DNA of 64,000 bases from a virus, in IMG/VR virus record IMGVR_UViG_3300036770_005214, positions 1 to 64,000 of that record, one strand, 5' to 3'. Shown piece after piece: positions 1-9,759 of the stretch. A model generated the notes under the pieces. That model was not told the origin of the DNA. It saw nothing but the letters and a program-made list of their open reading frames with translations, and did not search any database. A program made the translations under genes and the position numbers. Numbering within the stretch: position 1 is the stretch's first letter; every line of letters starts with the position of its first letter.

Positions 1-331
1 ACAGCCCCGAGTCCCCCATCCACCCGAAGTCGAGGCGTTTCGCGTCCGCGTTGGCCTCGAAGGCGACGATGGTGGTCGACCCCTCGCCCTCGCTCACGCC
101 CGCGCGGGAGGCTTCCAGCACACGGGACCACTCGTCGGCGACGATGCCGCAGCGCACCGCGTTCCACGCCGCCTGCTCCCCGTAGTCTTGTCCGCCGAGC
201 CCGTCTGCGACGATGCCCCGGATGCGGCGCTCGCCCTCCATCGGCCGGACGGCGATCGCGTCTTGGTTGTCGGGCCGCTCACCAGTGACGGAGGCCCAAC
301 CATAGAGGATGCGGGGGGAGAGTTTTGCCAT
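1..331 (-). CDS. PP2C/PPM-family Ser/Thr protein phosphatase (N-terminal part; runs off the window edge)
   Basis: Manual translation from ATG at 331: MAKLSPRILYGWASVTGERPDNQDAIA...GIVADGLGGQDYGEQAA...GSTTIV...FGWMGDSG. Carries the PPM motifs RxxNQD, ADGxGG, GxT and GDS. Absent from the ORF track because there is no stop inside the window. Confidence 0.85.
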   Translation of the reverse strand, partial: MAKLSPRILYGWASVTGERPDNQDAIAVRPMEGERRIRGIVADGLGGQDYGEQAAWNAVRCGIVADEWSRVLEASRAGVSEGEGSTTIVAFEANADAKRLDFGWMGDSGL

Positions 332-415
332 GCCGCCCTTGTAGCCCATAGGGCACAATGCGTCAACCCCGACGCGAATCTTTCCCTCGTGATAGGCTCC
401 CGAGGCGGAGAGAAC

Positions 416-652
416 ATGAGCGGGAAAGCTGGACAGGTGGCGGAGCGTGTGGGCGATGTGTTGGGCGATGTACCGGGGCCGATTGGCGATGTGATCGACT
501 TGTCGCCGGCGGTCGTGAAGCTGATCGACGAGATCAAGGATGCCGTGAGCGCAACAGGAGCGGGCGGGAAGAAGATCACCCGACAAGAAGCCCGCCGGAT
601 TGTTCGCGCCGCCCTCGCGCTGGTGCCGAAGCTCCTCGACGTGCTGCTGTGA
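416..652 (+). CDS. Small hypothetical protein (78 aa, amphipathic helical)
   Basis: GGAG RBS before ATG 416. Its stop overlaps the next gene's GTG (GTGA). Confidence 0.6.
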   Translation: MSGKAGQVAERVGDVLGDVPGPIGDVIDLSPAVVKLIDEIKDAVSATGAGGKKITRQEARRIVRAALALVPKLLDVLL

Positions 653-1119
653 GTTACCCCCGCTGGATCAACCAGGAACAGAACCTCCGCGAGGTCGCCC
701 CCGGTCTGTACGTCGGCAACGAGTTCGCCCCCGGGTCAGAACGCGTGCGGTTCGGCATCATCGTCGACCTATGCGGCTCGTCTGCGAGCCTGCCCGAGTT
801 GTACCCGTCTTACGCTTCGCTGGTGCGCATCCCCTTGATCGACGGGGAAGCCGTCCCAACGGAGGTGCTGGAGGAGGTGTACGATGCGGTGTGGAGCGGC
901 CAGCGCCGGCAGCTACCCGTGCTCATCCACTGCGTCATGGGGCTGTCGCGTTCGGCCTCGGTCGCCTACGGGATGCTCCGCACGATCTACGGGCTGAAGC
1001 ATCGCGAAGCCCTGCTACGGGTCGTCACCCCCGAGGGGCTTGCCGACGGCTACCCCTTGCGCGAGACGCTGCGGAGCGTCAGCCGGTGGGCCGATGCTCG
1101 CCAGCGCGACATGGCGTAG
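649..1119 (+). CDS. Dual-specificity protein phosphatase (HCX5R family)
   Basis: VLIHCVMGLSRSASV active-site loop, N-terminal EVAPGLYVGN and a PLID general-acid loop. GTG start at 649 is coupled to the upstream stop. Confidence 0.9.
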   Translation: MSYPRWINQEQNLREVAPGLYVGNEFAPGSERVRFGIIVDLCGSSASLPELYPSYASLVRIPLIDGEAVPTEVLEEVYDAVWSGQRRQLPVLIHCVMGLSRSASVAYGMLRTIYGLKHREALLRVVTPEGLADGYPLRETLRSVSRWADARQRDMA

Positions 1120-1123
1120 GCGG

Positions 1124-1468
1124 TCAGAGCGCCGAGGTCGTGATCAACTCATAGGCTGCGATGGAGCCGGTCCAGTTCGGGATAGTCGCGGCCGGGAGCG
1201 GCGTGGTGTCGATCCCGTTCTGCGTTGTGTAGTAGCACCAGTCGTTCAGGCCCGACGAGAAGACGCGCTGGTAGTAGTAGATGGTGGCGCCCCCGGCACG
1301 CGAGGGCCATAGGAAGGTCGGCGACTCGAAGTAGGTCGCCGCCAAGGGGTTCTGCTGCTGCCAGAAGAAGTCAGGAGATGCGAAGTAGGTGGCAGTCAGC
1401 GGGTTCTGCTGCTGCCACAGGAAGGCCGGTGACGAAAAGTACGTCGCGGCGTTGTCGACGCTCGGCAT
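1124..1468 (-). CDS. Small putative virion protein with three 18-aa repeats
   Basis: ATYFxSPxFxW(QQQNPL) x3. Last gene of the tightly packed minus-strand structural array. Confidence 0.65.
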   Translation of the reverse strand: MPSVDNAATYFSSPAFLWQQQNPLTATYFASPDFFWQQQNPLAATYFESPTFLWPSRAGGATIYYYQRVFSSGLNDWCYYTTQNGIDTTPLPAATIPNWTGSIAAYELITTSAL

Positions 1469-1471
1469 GGA

Positions 1472-2551
1472 TCACACCAGCGGTAGGACGTTCTGGAGCC
1501 AGGGGAAAGTGAGCCACTGCGGCAGGAGTCCCGGAAACGTATTGATCGCCTGCGTGACCACGATCCGCGCCGTGGTGGTCGTCAGGTCCAGCGTGTCGGT
1601 GGGATTGAACGGGCCGCTCACCATCATCACGTTGCTCGTGAAGCCCTTGGGGGGAGACCCTGCGACGTTGGAGGCGCCAACGAGGTATGGCGTCACCTGC
1701 GAGCGGTCGTTGTAGACGCTCAAGCCCGTGGCTGTGCCGGAGAGCGGCCAGATGTTCGAGAGGGCGCCTCCGCCGCTGTTGGTCGAGACGAAGGCCGTAA
1801 AGCCCGGTGCGTCGGTACGATACACGGCCGTCGTCGGCGAGGACCAGACCAGCGGATAGGCCTGCCAGTATTGGCAGCGATAGAAGACGGCCGCATCCAC
1901 CGCCCACCAGCCTGCGTTCAACCCGAGTTGCCGGTACGAGGGGTCGTAGTCGGTCGCGGGGGCAGTGCCGGACGCCACCGCATCGGTGTAGATGATAAAC
2001 TGGTTCAGCCCGGTGCCTTGGGTGTACGCGGTGGTCCACCAGCCGTAGACCCCATTCGTGGTCGTGTCCGACGCGACACACGAGACGTAGCCATTACCGG
2101 TGACAGACAGGGTGGCGCATTGAGCCGCACCAGTCGAGGCGAGGTCGTAGGTGTTGGTCCCGGTGCCCGTAGCCGAGAAGCCGACGGTCGACCCGAACCA
2201 CACCACGCCATCGCCGGACGCCCCGGTCGTTGGAGCGGCAGTGAGGGCGCCGCCGGTCCCGAAGCCCACCGACCGGGAATACTTGATCAGTACCGTCGTC
2301 GCCGTGCCCCGGTAGAAGACGTACTCCCGGCCGCCCACGCCCGACGGTTCGCGGATGCGGAGCCACGAGCCGTTCGACACGAAGTCACCGGTGTTGTCCA
2401 CCGAGGACGCGTTCGAGAAGGTGCTCGTTCCGTTCGATGATCCCTGGATGACCCAGCCGGCCGCGAGCAGCGCGGTCTTGATCGCGGTGAACGTAGGCGC
2501 GACAGCATCAGCAGTCGTGACGATGTTGTTGGTAGAGCCGACGAAGGCCAT
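1472..2551 (-). CDS. Putative virion structural protein, paralog of 2561-3556
   Basis: Gly/Thr/Ala-rich. Shares MA(F/Y)VGSxNN, IKTALLAAGW, REPxGxGGREY, IKYSR, GYVSCVASDT and NGVYGWW with its neighbour. Confidence 0.7.
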   Translation of the reverse strand: MAFVGSTNNIVTTADAVAPTFTAIKTALLAAGWVIQGSSNGTSTFSNASSVDNTGDFVSNGSWLRIREPSGVGGREYVFYRGTATTVLIKYSRSVGFGTGGALTAAPTTGASGDGVVWFGSTVGFSATGTGTNTYDLASTGAAQCATLSVTGNGYVSCVASDTTTNGVYGWWTTAYTQGTGLNQFIIYTDAVASGTAPATDYDPSYRQLGLNAGWWAVDAAVFYRCQYWQAYPLVWSSPTTAVYRTDAPGFTAFVSTNSGGGALSNIWPLSGTATGLSVYNDRSQVTPYLVGASNVAGSPPKGFTSNVMMVSGPFNPTDTLDLTTTTARIVVTQAINTFPGLLPQWLTFPWLQNVLPLV

Positions 2552-2560
2552 GGGTCACTC

Positions 2561-3556
2561 TCAGTAGATGGGGAGAACGCTGGTGATCCAAGGCATCGCG
2601 AAGCCATTGGTGGCTTGGATGATGACCTTGGGCTCTGCCGTCGCCAGATTGAGCGTGTCGCAGTTGTTCAACGTGACGTTGTAGCAGCAGAGACCCGTCG
2701 TCATGCCCTTGGGGTAGGTGGCGCCGTTGCCGACCATCACCGGGTAGGTCTGCACGCCGACACCGTAGGGGCCGAGGCCGACCGTGGTCCGGGGCGCAAG
2801 AAGCTGCCCGCTCAAACCCGAGAAGTAGATGTAATGGAGCCCGTAGGTCCCGTTGATCAGGTAGGACCGATACGGCGAGACGGGAGCCGTGAAGTCGTAG
2901 GCCTGCCAATACTGGGCGCTGGTCAGCGAGAAGAAGGTCGCGGTTGCACCGGAATAGCGGTAGCTCGGGTCCGCATCCTGGGACGGGTAGGTGTTCGCCT
3001 GCACCGCTTCGGTGTAGGTCAACTCTCCCGGGGTACTGCCGGACGCCCAACGGGTCATCCACCAGCCGTACACGCCATTGACCGCGGTGTCCGAGGCGAC
3101 GCACGAGACGTAGCCGCTGGTAGCTGCATAGGCGGCACCGGAAGCGGGGCCCGTGATGGCGGCCTCGTTGCCGAAGCCAATGCTGGCGCTCGCGACCCAC
3201 ACCACGCCGTCACCGCCAGCGCCCGTGGTCGGGAGCGTGGTCGCGCCGGGCGAGCCACCGATGAAGCCGGTCGCGCGAGAATACTTGATGATGGCCGTCG
3301 TCGCGGCCGAGCCGCGCATGAAGCAGTACTCGCGACCGCCCGCGCCACCCGGCTCGCGCAACCGGCACCACGCGCCGCTGGCGTTCCAGGCGGTCGCGTC
3401 GGGAAGCTGGTCGGGGGTCGAGCCCGCCGTGTAGGTCGTCCCGTTGGACGACGCCATGAGTTCCCAACCGGCTGCGAGCAGCGCGGTCTTGATGGCGTTG
3501 AAGTAGTCCGCCGTGCCGAGGGTCACGACGTTGTTGACGGAGCCGACGTAGGCCAT
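2561..3556 (-). CDS. Putative virion structural protein, paralog of 1472-2551
   Basis: Colinear shared motifs along the whole length indicate a tandem duplication. Confidence 0.7.
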   Translation of the reverse strand: MAYVGSVNNVVTLGTADYFNAIKTALLAAGWELMASSNGTTYTAGSTPDQLPDATAWNASGAWCRLREPGGAGGREYCFMRGSAATTAIIKYSRATGFIGGSPGATTLPTTGAGGDGVVWVASASIGFGNEAAITGPASGAAYAATSGYVSCVASDTAVNGVYGWWMTRWASGSTPGELTYTEAVQANTYPSQDADPSYRYSGATATFFSLTSAQYWQAYDFTAPVSPYRSYLINGTYGLHYIYFSGLSGQLLAPRTTVGLGPYGVGVQTYPVMVGNGATYPKGMTTGLCCYNVTLNNCDTLNLATAEPKVIIQATNGFAMPWITSVLPIY

Positions 3557-3559
3557 GTG

Positions 3560-5824
3560 TTACACCGTAGTCAGGTGCATACCTCGCGCGAAGACGGTTG
3601 TCCCCGCGGAGACAGCGGTGAGGGTGAGATTGTACCACCCGGCCGAGAAAGAGACCGGAGCAGCGAGCGTCACGTCGAAGAAGCCCGACGTGCCCGCAAC
3701 GTAAGTGAAGGTAGCAACCGTGACGTTGACGAGATCTTTCACGTCGACTTGGATGGTTCCGGCGGCGTTGATCCCGAGGTACATCCGGCTGTTGACCGTG
3801 TACGTAGCCGCTGCCGGCACATAGAAGCCGCCGACGAAGGTGGGAGCGCCGTTCGTCGCCGACCCGTTCAACGACACGCTCACCGTCGCCGAGACAACGG
3901 GCGTGGGCGGGGTCGAGTCGATCTTGTCGAGGATCGACCAGTTCGTGCCATCCGAGACGACCGTGATGGCGTCGTACTGGTAGGCGATGCTCTGCGTCCC
4001 GGCTCCGTCAATCAGAACGCCGACGCCACCCGTCACCGTCACCACGTTCGCCGTGGCGTCGGTCTTCTTGATGGTCAGCCACTTGTCCGTCCACGTCAGC
4101 GGGTTCGGAAGCGTGATGACGACGGCGCCGGCTGACGCGTCCACCAGCAGGACCGATACGGAGTCGTCGGCCACGATGGCGTTGCCGGACACCGTTCGCG
4201 TCTCGACCGTGCGCAGATTGAGCCAGCGGTAGAAGTTCTGCTCCGCCAACTGGTCGAGGGCGGCGGCCACCGACGTCGGCGCGGTCCCCGTGCCGGAAGG
4301 GGCTGGGGGAGTGACCGCGGTCCAGTCGCCCGCCGTCGTGGGCGTATAGGCGATGTTCGTGACGGTCAGCGTGCCCGACACGCCATCGAAGGTCATGGGG
4401 AGCGTCGTGCCGATGCTCACCGTCTCGGCGCCCGTGACCACCAGATTGACGGTGTTGGTCGCAGCGGCGTCGGAGAGGATGATGAAGCCGTCGGCGGCAC
4501 CCGAGCCGGCACCCGTGCGCAGGATGACGTCGCCGCCTGCCACGACGCCGCTCGTGGGGCTGCCCGCGTGCAGGATGAGGTCACCGCCGACGCCCGCGCC
4601 GGACTCGCCCTGGATCTCCGCGCCGGACGAGACGACGATGCTCGTGGGGCCCGTCGTGTTCCCGATGAGCAACGTGGCCGCGAGAGACCCCGCACCGCCT
4701 CCGCCGCCCGGCTGCCACGTCACGTTGCCGGCGCCGTCGGTCGTCAGGACCTCGCCGGCCGCCCCGTCGACCACGGGGAAGGTGAAGGCCCCTGCGAAGG
4801 TCACCGGCGCCGTCCCCGAGCCCAGCGTGACGCCAGTCGCGTTCACCGAGCCCACGTTGACGATGCTGGTCGAGTCGAGGTCGAGGGTGATTCCAGAGGA
4901 GAGGATGCCGCTCGGCGTGACCGCGAGCGTCTGGCCGGCGCCCGTGTTGGTTACATTCAGGAAGGACGAGCCGCCGGTCGCCCCGATGTTGATGCTGTAG
5001 CCGCCCGCGACGTCCGCGAAGGTCATCGTGTTGGTGGCGACCTGATACAGCGCCGTCTCGCCCGCGACCGTGCCAACCCACTGCGAGTCGCCGTAGAAGT
5101 TGCTGGTGCTGTTGGCGTTGAAGACGTTGAACGCGGTGACGACGTTGTTGAAGTCGAGCGTACCGTCGACCGTGACGACGGTCCCAGCCCCACCAATGGA
5201 GACGTTGGTCGCGGTGGTGCTGCCGATGTTGACCGCGCCGTCGCTGTCGATGAGCAGGCTACCGCCGGTCGCGCTGATGACAGCGCCCGCCGACGAGGAG
5301 ACGCCCACCGAGAAGGGTCCGGCGGGGTCAAGGAAGGTCATGCCCCCCGACGCGTCGGTGTAGATCGACTGTCCGCCCGCCGCCGTGACCTGGATGTTCC
5401 CGAGCACGTCCAGGGCTTCGGTCGGCGCTGCGACGTTGATGCCCGTGCTCCCGTTGATGACCACGAAGCCGGTCGCGTCCGGGGTCAGCGTCACGTCCGA
5501 GCCGGCGCCCGCCGCCGTCAGCGTCAGATCTCCCGCGTTCGCCGTGAGGTCGAGGCTGGTCTGACCGATGATGGTGTCCCCGGTCGAGACCTCGATGTCC
5601 GTCCCGCTGGTCGTGTTGCCGATGACCAGCGTGGCCGCCAACGACACGCCACCGCCGCCCCCGCCCACCGGAACCCATCCGAGCGTCGTGTAGACGTACA
5701 GGAGTTGATCGGCTTGGTTGAAGGCCGTATCGCCCACTTCGGTGTTCGGCGTGACAGGCAACGCCGCGAAGTTGGGATAGAAGCCCCAGAACGAGTGCGC
5801 GTTGGAAGGTGAGCGGAGGGCCAC
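3560..5824 (-). CDS. Tail/capsid fibre-like protein (754 aa) with MALRSP anchor
   Basis: N-terminus MALRSPSNAHSFWG...GDTAF, repeated SLAATLxIGNTT, GEVLTTDGAGNVTW-polyG hinge and a LLVDASAGAVVITLP...TIKKTD...SDGTNW fibre-type module. Confidence 0.7.
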   Translation of the reverse strand: MALRSPSNAHSFWGFYPNFAALPVTPNTEVGDTAFNQADQLLYVYTTLGWVPVGGGGGGVSLAATLVIGNTTSGTDIEVSTGDTIIGQTSLDLTANAGDLTLTAAGAGSDVTLTPDATGFVVINGSTGINVAAPTEALDVLGNIQVTAAGGQSIYTDASGGMTFLDPAGPFSVGVSSSAGAVISATGGSLLIDSDGAVNIGSTTATNVSIGGAGTVVTVDGTLDFNNVVTAFNVFNANSTSNFYGDSQWVGTVAGETALYQVATNTMTFADVAGGYSINIGATGGSSFLNVTNTGAGQTLAVTPSGILSSGITLDLDSTSIVNVGSVNATGVTLGSGTAPVTFAGAFTFPVVDGAAGEVLTTDGAGNVTWQPGGGGGAGSLAATLLIGNTTGPTSIVVSSGAEIQGESGAGVGGDLILHAGSPTSGVVAGGDVILRTGAGSGAADGFIILSDAAATNTVNLVVTGAETVSIGTTLPMTFDGVSGTLTVTNIAYTPTTAGDWTAVTPPAPSGTGTAPTSVAAALDQLAEQNFYRWLNLRTVETRTVSGNAIVADDSVSVLLVDASAGAVVITLPNPLTWTDKWLTIKKTDATANVVTVTGGVGVLIDGAGTQSIAYQYDAITVVSDGTNWSILDKIDSTPPTPVVSATVSVSLNGSATNGAPTFVGGFYVPAAATYTVNSRMYLGINAAGTIQVDVKDLVNVTVATFTYVAGTSGFFDVTLAAPVSFSAGWYNLTLTAVSAGTTVFARGMHLTTV

Positions 5825-5849
5825 AGGCTACCTCGGGAAAGGGGGCTGC

Positions 5850-8261
5850 TTACGGAGCGGCTTGGACTTGGACGGTGGTCGTCCAATCCCACAACGCAGG
5901 AACGGGGGTGGAGAGCGGCTGGTTCGGATCGGACCAGTTTGCCGTTTGCACTCCAAGTAGCGCATCGGTCGCGGGCACGCCGGAAGGATCGATCCCCGTG
6001 GCCCATCCCGTGATGAAGGCGGTCGCGCCCAGGGTGTTGTTGTTCGCGTAGTACGTCGTGGTCCCAGGGGAGATCGGGCCGCCCGAAACGCCGCCGATGG
6101 CGAGCGCACCCTTGCCGTGCGAGTTGGTCAAGGTGTTCCCCGCGAGCGTGATGCTCGCGCAACGGGTCAGGGGAGGCTGGGTCGAGGGGAGCACGAACCC
6201 GACGAACAAGCTCGTCTCCGCGGCGGTGCAGCCATCCACCACAAGCGTCAACGGGGTCGCCCCGATGCCGAAGTAGTCACAGTTGAAGAACTGGTGGACT
6301 GGGAAGGCGTTGCTGGGGGTGACGTTGCCGATGCGGAGGTAGCCGCCGAGCACTTCATCGGGGGGAGAGGCGCCCGTCGTGATGGCCACGACGCGGGTGC
6401 TCCCCGTGATGACGCCGTTCTGGCTAGAGTCATAGGTGGAGTTGGTGAACAACCCTTGACCGTCGCTGCGGTAGATTCCGATGAGCCGGCGGGTGCTGTT
6501 GTTCGGGCCGACGTAGGCCAGTTGGCAGTTGTTGATCTGCCAGCCGTCGCTCTTGATGACGACGCAGAACTCCATCCCTTCGACCCGAACGCCCTCGAAG
6601 TAGTGCCCGGACGAGCCCACCCCCGCGGTGATCGACACGGCCGCTTCGATGCTCGTGTTCGTCGTCCGACGATGCTTGATGGTCAGGTCGCGGATCGTGA
6701 CGTTGCTCGTGCTGATAGTGATGAAGACGACGGGCGCTGCGCCGTCCGCGGTCGTTTGCAGGACCGTGCCCGCGAGGCCCGCGCCCTGGATGGTCACCTG
6801 CTTGGAGACGGTGATGGCGCCAGTGGTGAAGGTCTCCGCCGACAGGAGCAAGCGGTCCCCGTTGACCACGCTCCCCGAGGCGAGCGCGGTGGCGAGGTCC
6901 GGGAAGTCTTCGCCGCCGAGCGTGCCGACCGTCCACGTCGAGCCGGAAGGGGCAGGAGGCGTCACGGGCTCAATCACAGCGGGACCAACGGGCGCCTGCC
7001 CGGTGACCTCCAACTGCACTGCACCTCCCGCGATCACGAAGTCTGCATTGAGCGCAGGATCGCTCTCATGCGACCACACCACGTTGGTCGTGCCCAACTG
7101 CGTCACCACGCCCGAGTCCTCGACGAAGGTGCCCGCGATGCGGTAGCTGGCGGCGTCCGTCGAGCCCTGCTTGCGGGCCGCGACCGTGGCCTCATAGACG
7201 GTGGTCGTCGAAGGCGCCGGCGCCAAGGTCAAGAGGGGGGTCGGCGTCGCGTTGGTCGTAGTGACCGACCCCGTGATCCCACCACCTCCGCCGCCGCCGG
7301 CCTGCCACGTCGGAGCCGCACCAGCCCCGTTGCTCGTGAGCACATAGCCCGCGGTCCCCGCGTCCCCGTTGACCTGAAGCTCCCCAACGACGACATTCAG
7401 CGCCACGGGCGTCGAGGTGCTGTCGAGGGCGCTCAAGGTCGCGACGCCGCTCGGGACCGAGAGGGCCGCCGTGTGGGTGGTCCCGTTGTCCGTCGCGCTC
7501 ACCTGCCCGGCGTACACGTTGCCCGACTGGCTTCCGTTGCCGATGCCAAGGTCCCCAGGGCCGAAGACACCCGCGCTCGTGGGATTGAGAGGGTCGGTGA
7601 GGGTGATGGTGTAGAGGGCCCCGTTCACCTCAAGAAACTGACCATCGAAGGGGCTCGTCACCGTCAACGGGAACAGAGACCCCGTGATGTTCAACGTGTT
7701 CCCATCCCAGGTCAGGTCCGCCGAGGCTCCGAAGGCGCCCGAGTTGTTAAACTGGATCTGGGTGTCAGCGCCGGCGGGAGAGCCCCCACCACCGCCCGCT
7801 TGCCACGTCGGTGCGAGGCCAGGGCCGTTGCTGGTCAGGACCTCGCCGGAAGCGCCCGACGTGCCACCAATGACCAGTTCAGCGATGTCAAGCTCCAGCG
7901 CCGCCGGGGAGCCCGACTGCGACGTCGACAGCTTCGGGCGCATCGTCGTGGCGGCAAGCTCCGCCGAGAAGCCCGACCCGGTATGCACGAGGCGCACGGA
8001 CGCGTCGCCGGTGCTCGTCTCGGAGGACAGCATCGCCGAGCCGTTGCTCGTCTGCGTGTTGACCGCGGGGCCGAGCACGGGGGCGTTTGCGATCTCCGCC
8101 GTGACGATGGCCCACGTCGTCCCATCGTACTGGTAGTCGTCCGCGATGACGATGGCGGTGTCCCCCGCGGACAGCGCAGGGTTGCCGAGGGTCGCGGCGT
8201 TGAGGGCTACCAAGCTCGGGTAGGCGCCCCAATGCTCGTTGTATGTCGGAGACTGGGCCAC
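5850..8261 (-). CDS. Fibre/tailspike-like protein (803 aa) with pectin-lyase-like beta-helix
   Basis: Anchor variant MAQSP...HWG...GDTA, IQFNNSGAFG repeat, two VLTSNG...PTWQAGGGG hinges, and a beta-helix cap (DLATALASG...GDRLLLS...VTIQGAG...NVTIRDLTI). Confidence 0.7.
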   Translation of the reverse strand: MAQSPTYNEHWGAYPSLVALNAATLGNPALSAGDTAIVIADDYQYDGTTWAIVTAEIANAPVLGPAVNTQTSNGSAMLSSETSTGDASVRLVHTGSGFSAELAATTMRPKLSTSQSGSPAALELDIAELVIGGTSGASGEVLTSNGPGLAPTWQAGGGGGSPAGADTQIQFNNSGAFGASADLTWDGNTLNITGSLFPLTVTSPFDGQFLEVNGALYTITLTDPLNPTSAGVFGPGDLGIGNGSQSGNVYAGQVSATDNGTTHTAALSVPSGVATLSALDSTSTPVALNVVVGELQVNGDAGTAGYVLTSNGAGAAPTWQAGGGGGGGITGSVTTTNATPTPLLTLAPAPSTTTVYEATVAARKQGSTDAASYRIAGTFVEDSGVVTQLGTTNVVWSHESDPALNADFVIAGGAVQLEVTGQAPVGPAVIEPVTPPAPSGSTWTVGTLGGEDFPDLATALASGSVVNGDRLLLSAETFTTGAITVSKQVTIQGAGLAGTVLQTTADGAAPVVFITISTSNVTIRDLTIKHRRTTNTSIEAAVSITAGVGSSGHYFEGVRVEGMEFCVVIKSDGWQINNCQLAYVGPNNSTRRLIGIYRSDGQGLFTNSTYDSSQNGVITGSTRVVAITTGASPPDEVLGGYLRIGNVTPSNAFPVHQFFNCDYFGIGATPLTLVVDGCTAAETSLFVGFVLPSTQPPLTRCASITLAGNTLTNSHGKGALAIGGVSGGPISPGTTTYYANNNTLGATAFITGWATGIDPSGVPATDALLGVQTANWSDPNQPLSTPVPALWDWTTTVQVQAAP

Positions 8262-8269
8262 AGGCTACC

Positions 8270-9751
8270 TCACGGAGACAAGGTGAAGGCTTGGGTGATG
8301 GGGAACGCGGTGATGATGTTCTTCACCTTCACGTTGTACGCCAGCGCCGCCGAGTTCGAGTAGGTGATGGGCCCGTAGAGGAAGATGGACCCCGCCACCC
8401 CATTGACGCAGTAGCCAGTACCCGTCGCGATCGCGAAGGTCGCATCCCCCATCCCGAAGGCGGCGCCCGCGTTGACGAGGTTGACGCCCGTCGAGTTCGC
8501 GGTCGCGTTGCGGATGGTCGAGTAGCCCAGGAAGACCGTCCCGCCGGTGATGCGGATGACCTCGTTCGCGAGGGAGCCCTCAATCTGGCTGTTGTAGACC
8601 TCCACCGTCCCGGCGGCGCACTGGATCTGATACTGGTAGTCCGCGACCTCGCAGCCGTTGCGGATGAGCGTGTAGCCCTGGACGTGGTTCACGCCGACGC
8701 CCGCCGTCCCTGCCCCTTGGATGGTGGTCCCGTCGAGGTAGCAGGACGAGCCGGCGCCCGAGTTGTTGACCACCACAGCGTCACCGCTGACGCCGGACAG
8801 GTTGTAGATGTAGCAGTTGACCATGCGCAGCCGAGCCGGCGCCGTCCCTGCGAAGTTCACGCCCTGCGCACCCGCGAAGCTCGCATTGATGAACAGGTTT
8901 TCGAGGTGGATCGTGTTTTCGAGGATGTTTAGGCCCGCGGCGGGCGCGAAGGTCACCTTGCCGATGTTCGGGGCGTAGCTGCGGGGAGAGGACAGCCCGA
9001 TGACGCTAAGGCGCTTCTGCGCCGGGAAGGTCACGTCGCCCCAGGACGTGATGGGCGACACGGCCCCGATGGGTCCGACGAAGATGGTGTCGTTCGCCGC
9101 CGCGGCGTTCACCGCGTCTTGAAGCGTGGCGTACTTCCCGCCCACGATGACGAAGTGAACCTTCGACGTGGAGCCGCCCATGCCCTGCACGGTGGCCGCC
9201 TGGGAGCCTGCACCCGGACCCGCGATGACGTCCTGGGTCAGTTCGGTGATGCCTCCGCCGCCCCCGCCTGCCTGCCACGTCGGCGCGAGGCCGGCACCGT
9301 TGCTGGTGAGTACTTCACCGGCCGCGCCTGCCGCACTGTTGACGAGGATGTTCGTCCCAATGAGGTCGACCGTTTCGCCCGCGGTGCCGAGGGTGAGCGT
9401 GCCGCCGATTCCGGTCTCCACGATCAGGCCTGGGTTGCCCGTGATGATGCCCTGGCCAATGTCGATGGCCGATCCGCCCGTGGCGACCGTCAGGTTCGTC
9501 GTGTCATAGGTGAAGTTCGGATCGCCGGCGAGCGCCCCGCCGCTGTTGTACTGCACCTCGTTGGGGTTGCCCGCGGGCGCGGTCGTCGTCGCAGGCGCCC
9601 ACGCGGCCCCATCGTAGGCATACAGCGAGTTCGCCGAGACGACGAAGGCCGTGTCCCCCGTCTCCAGGTTCGGGTTGCCGACCGGCAAAGCGGCGGGGTT
9701 CGCGAACGAGCCCCAGTAGGAGTGTGCAGAGGTGGGAGAGCGGAGGGCCAT
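8270..9751 (-). CDS. Fibre/tailspike-like protein (493 aa) with beta-helix C-terminus
   Basis: MALRSP anchor, VQYNSGGALAG, hinge module and YATLQDAVNAA...DTIFVGP beta-helix cap. Confidence 0.7.
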   Translation of the reverse strand: MALRSPTSAHSYWGSFANPAALPVGNPNLETGDTAFVVSANSLYAYDGAAWAPATTTAPAGNPNEVQYNSGGALAGDPNFTYDTTNLTVATGGSAIDIGQGIITGNPGLIVETGIGGTLTLGTAGETVDLIGTNILVNSAAGAAGEVLTSNGAGLAPTWQAGGGGGGITELTQDVIAGPGAGSQAATVQGMGGSTSKVHFVIVGGKYATLQDAVNAAAANDTIFVGPIGAVSPITSWGDVTFPAQKRLSVIGLSSPRSYAPNIGKVTFAPAAGLNILENTIHLENLFINASFAGAQGVNFAGTAPARLRMVNCYIYNLSGVSGDAVVVNNSGAGSSCYLDGTTIQGAGTAGVGVNHVQGYTLIRNGCEVADYQYQIQCAAGTVEVYNSQIEGSLANEVIRITGGTVFLGYSTIRNATANSTGVNLVNAGAAFGMGDATFAIATGTGYCVNGVAGSIFLYGPITYSNSAALAYNVKVKNIITAFPITQAFTLSP

Positions 9752-9759
9752 GAGCTACC

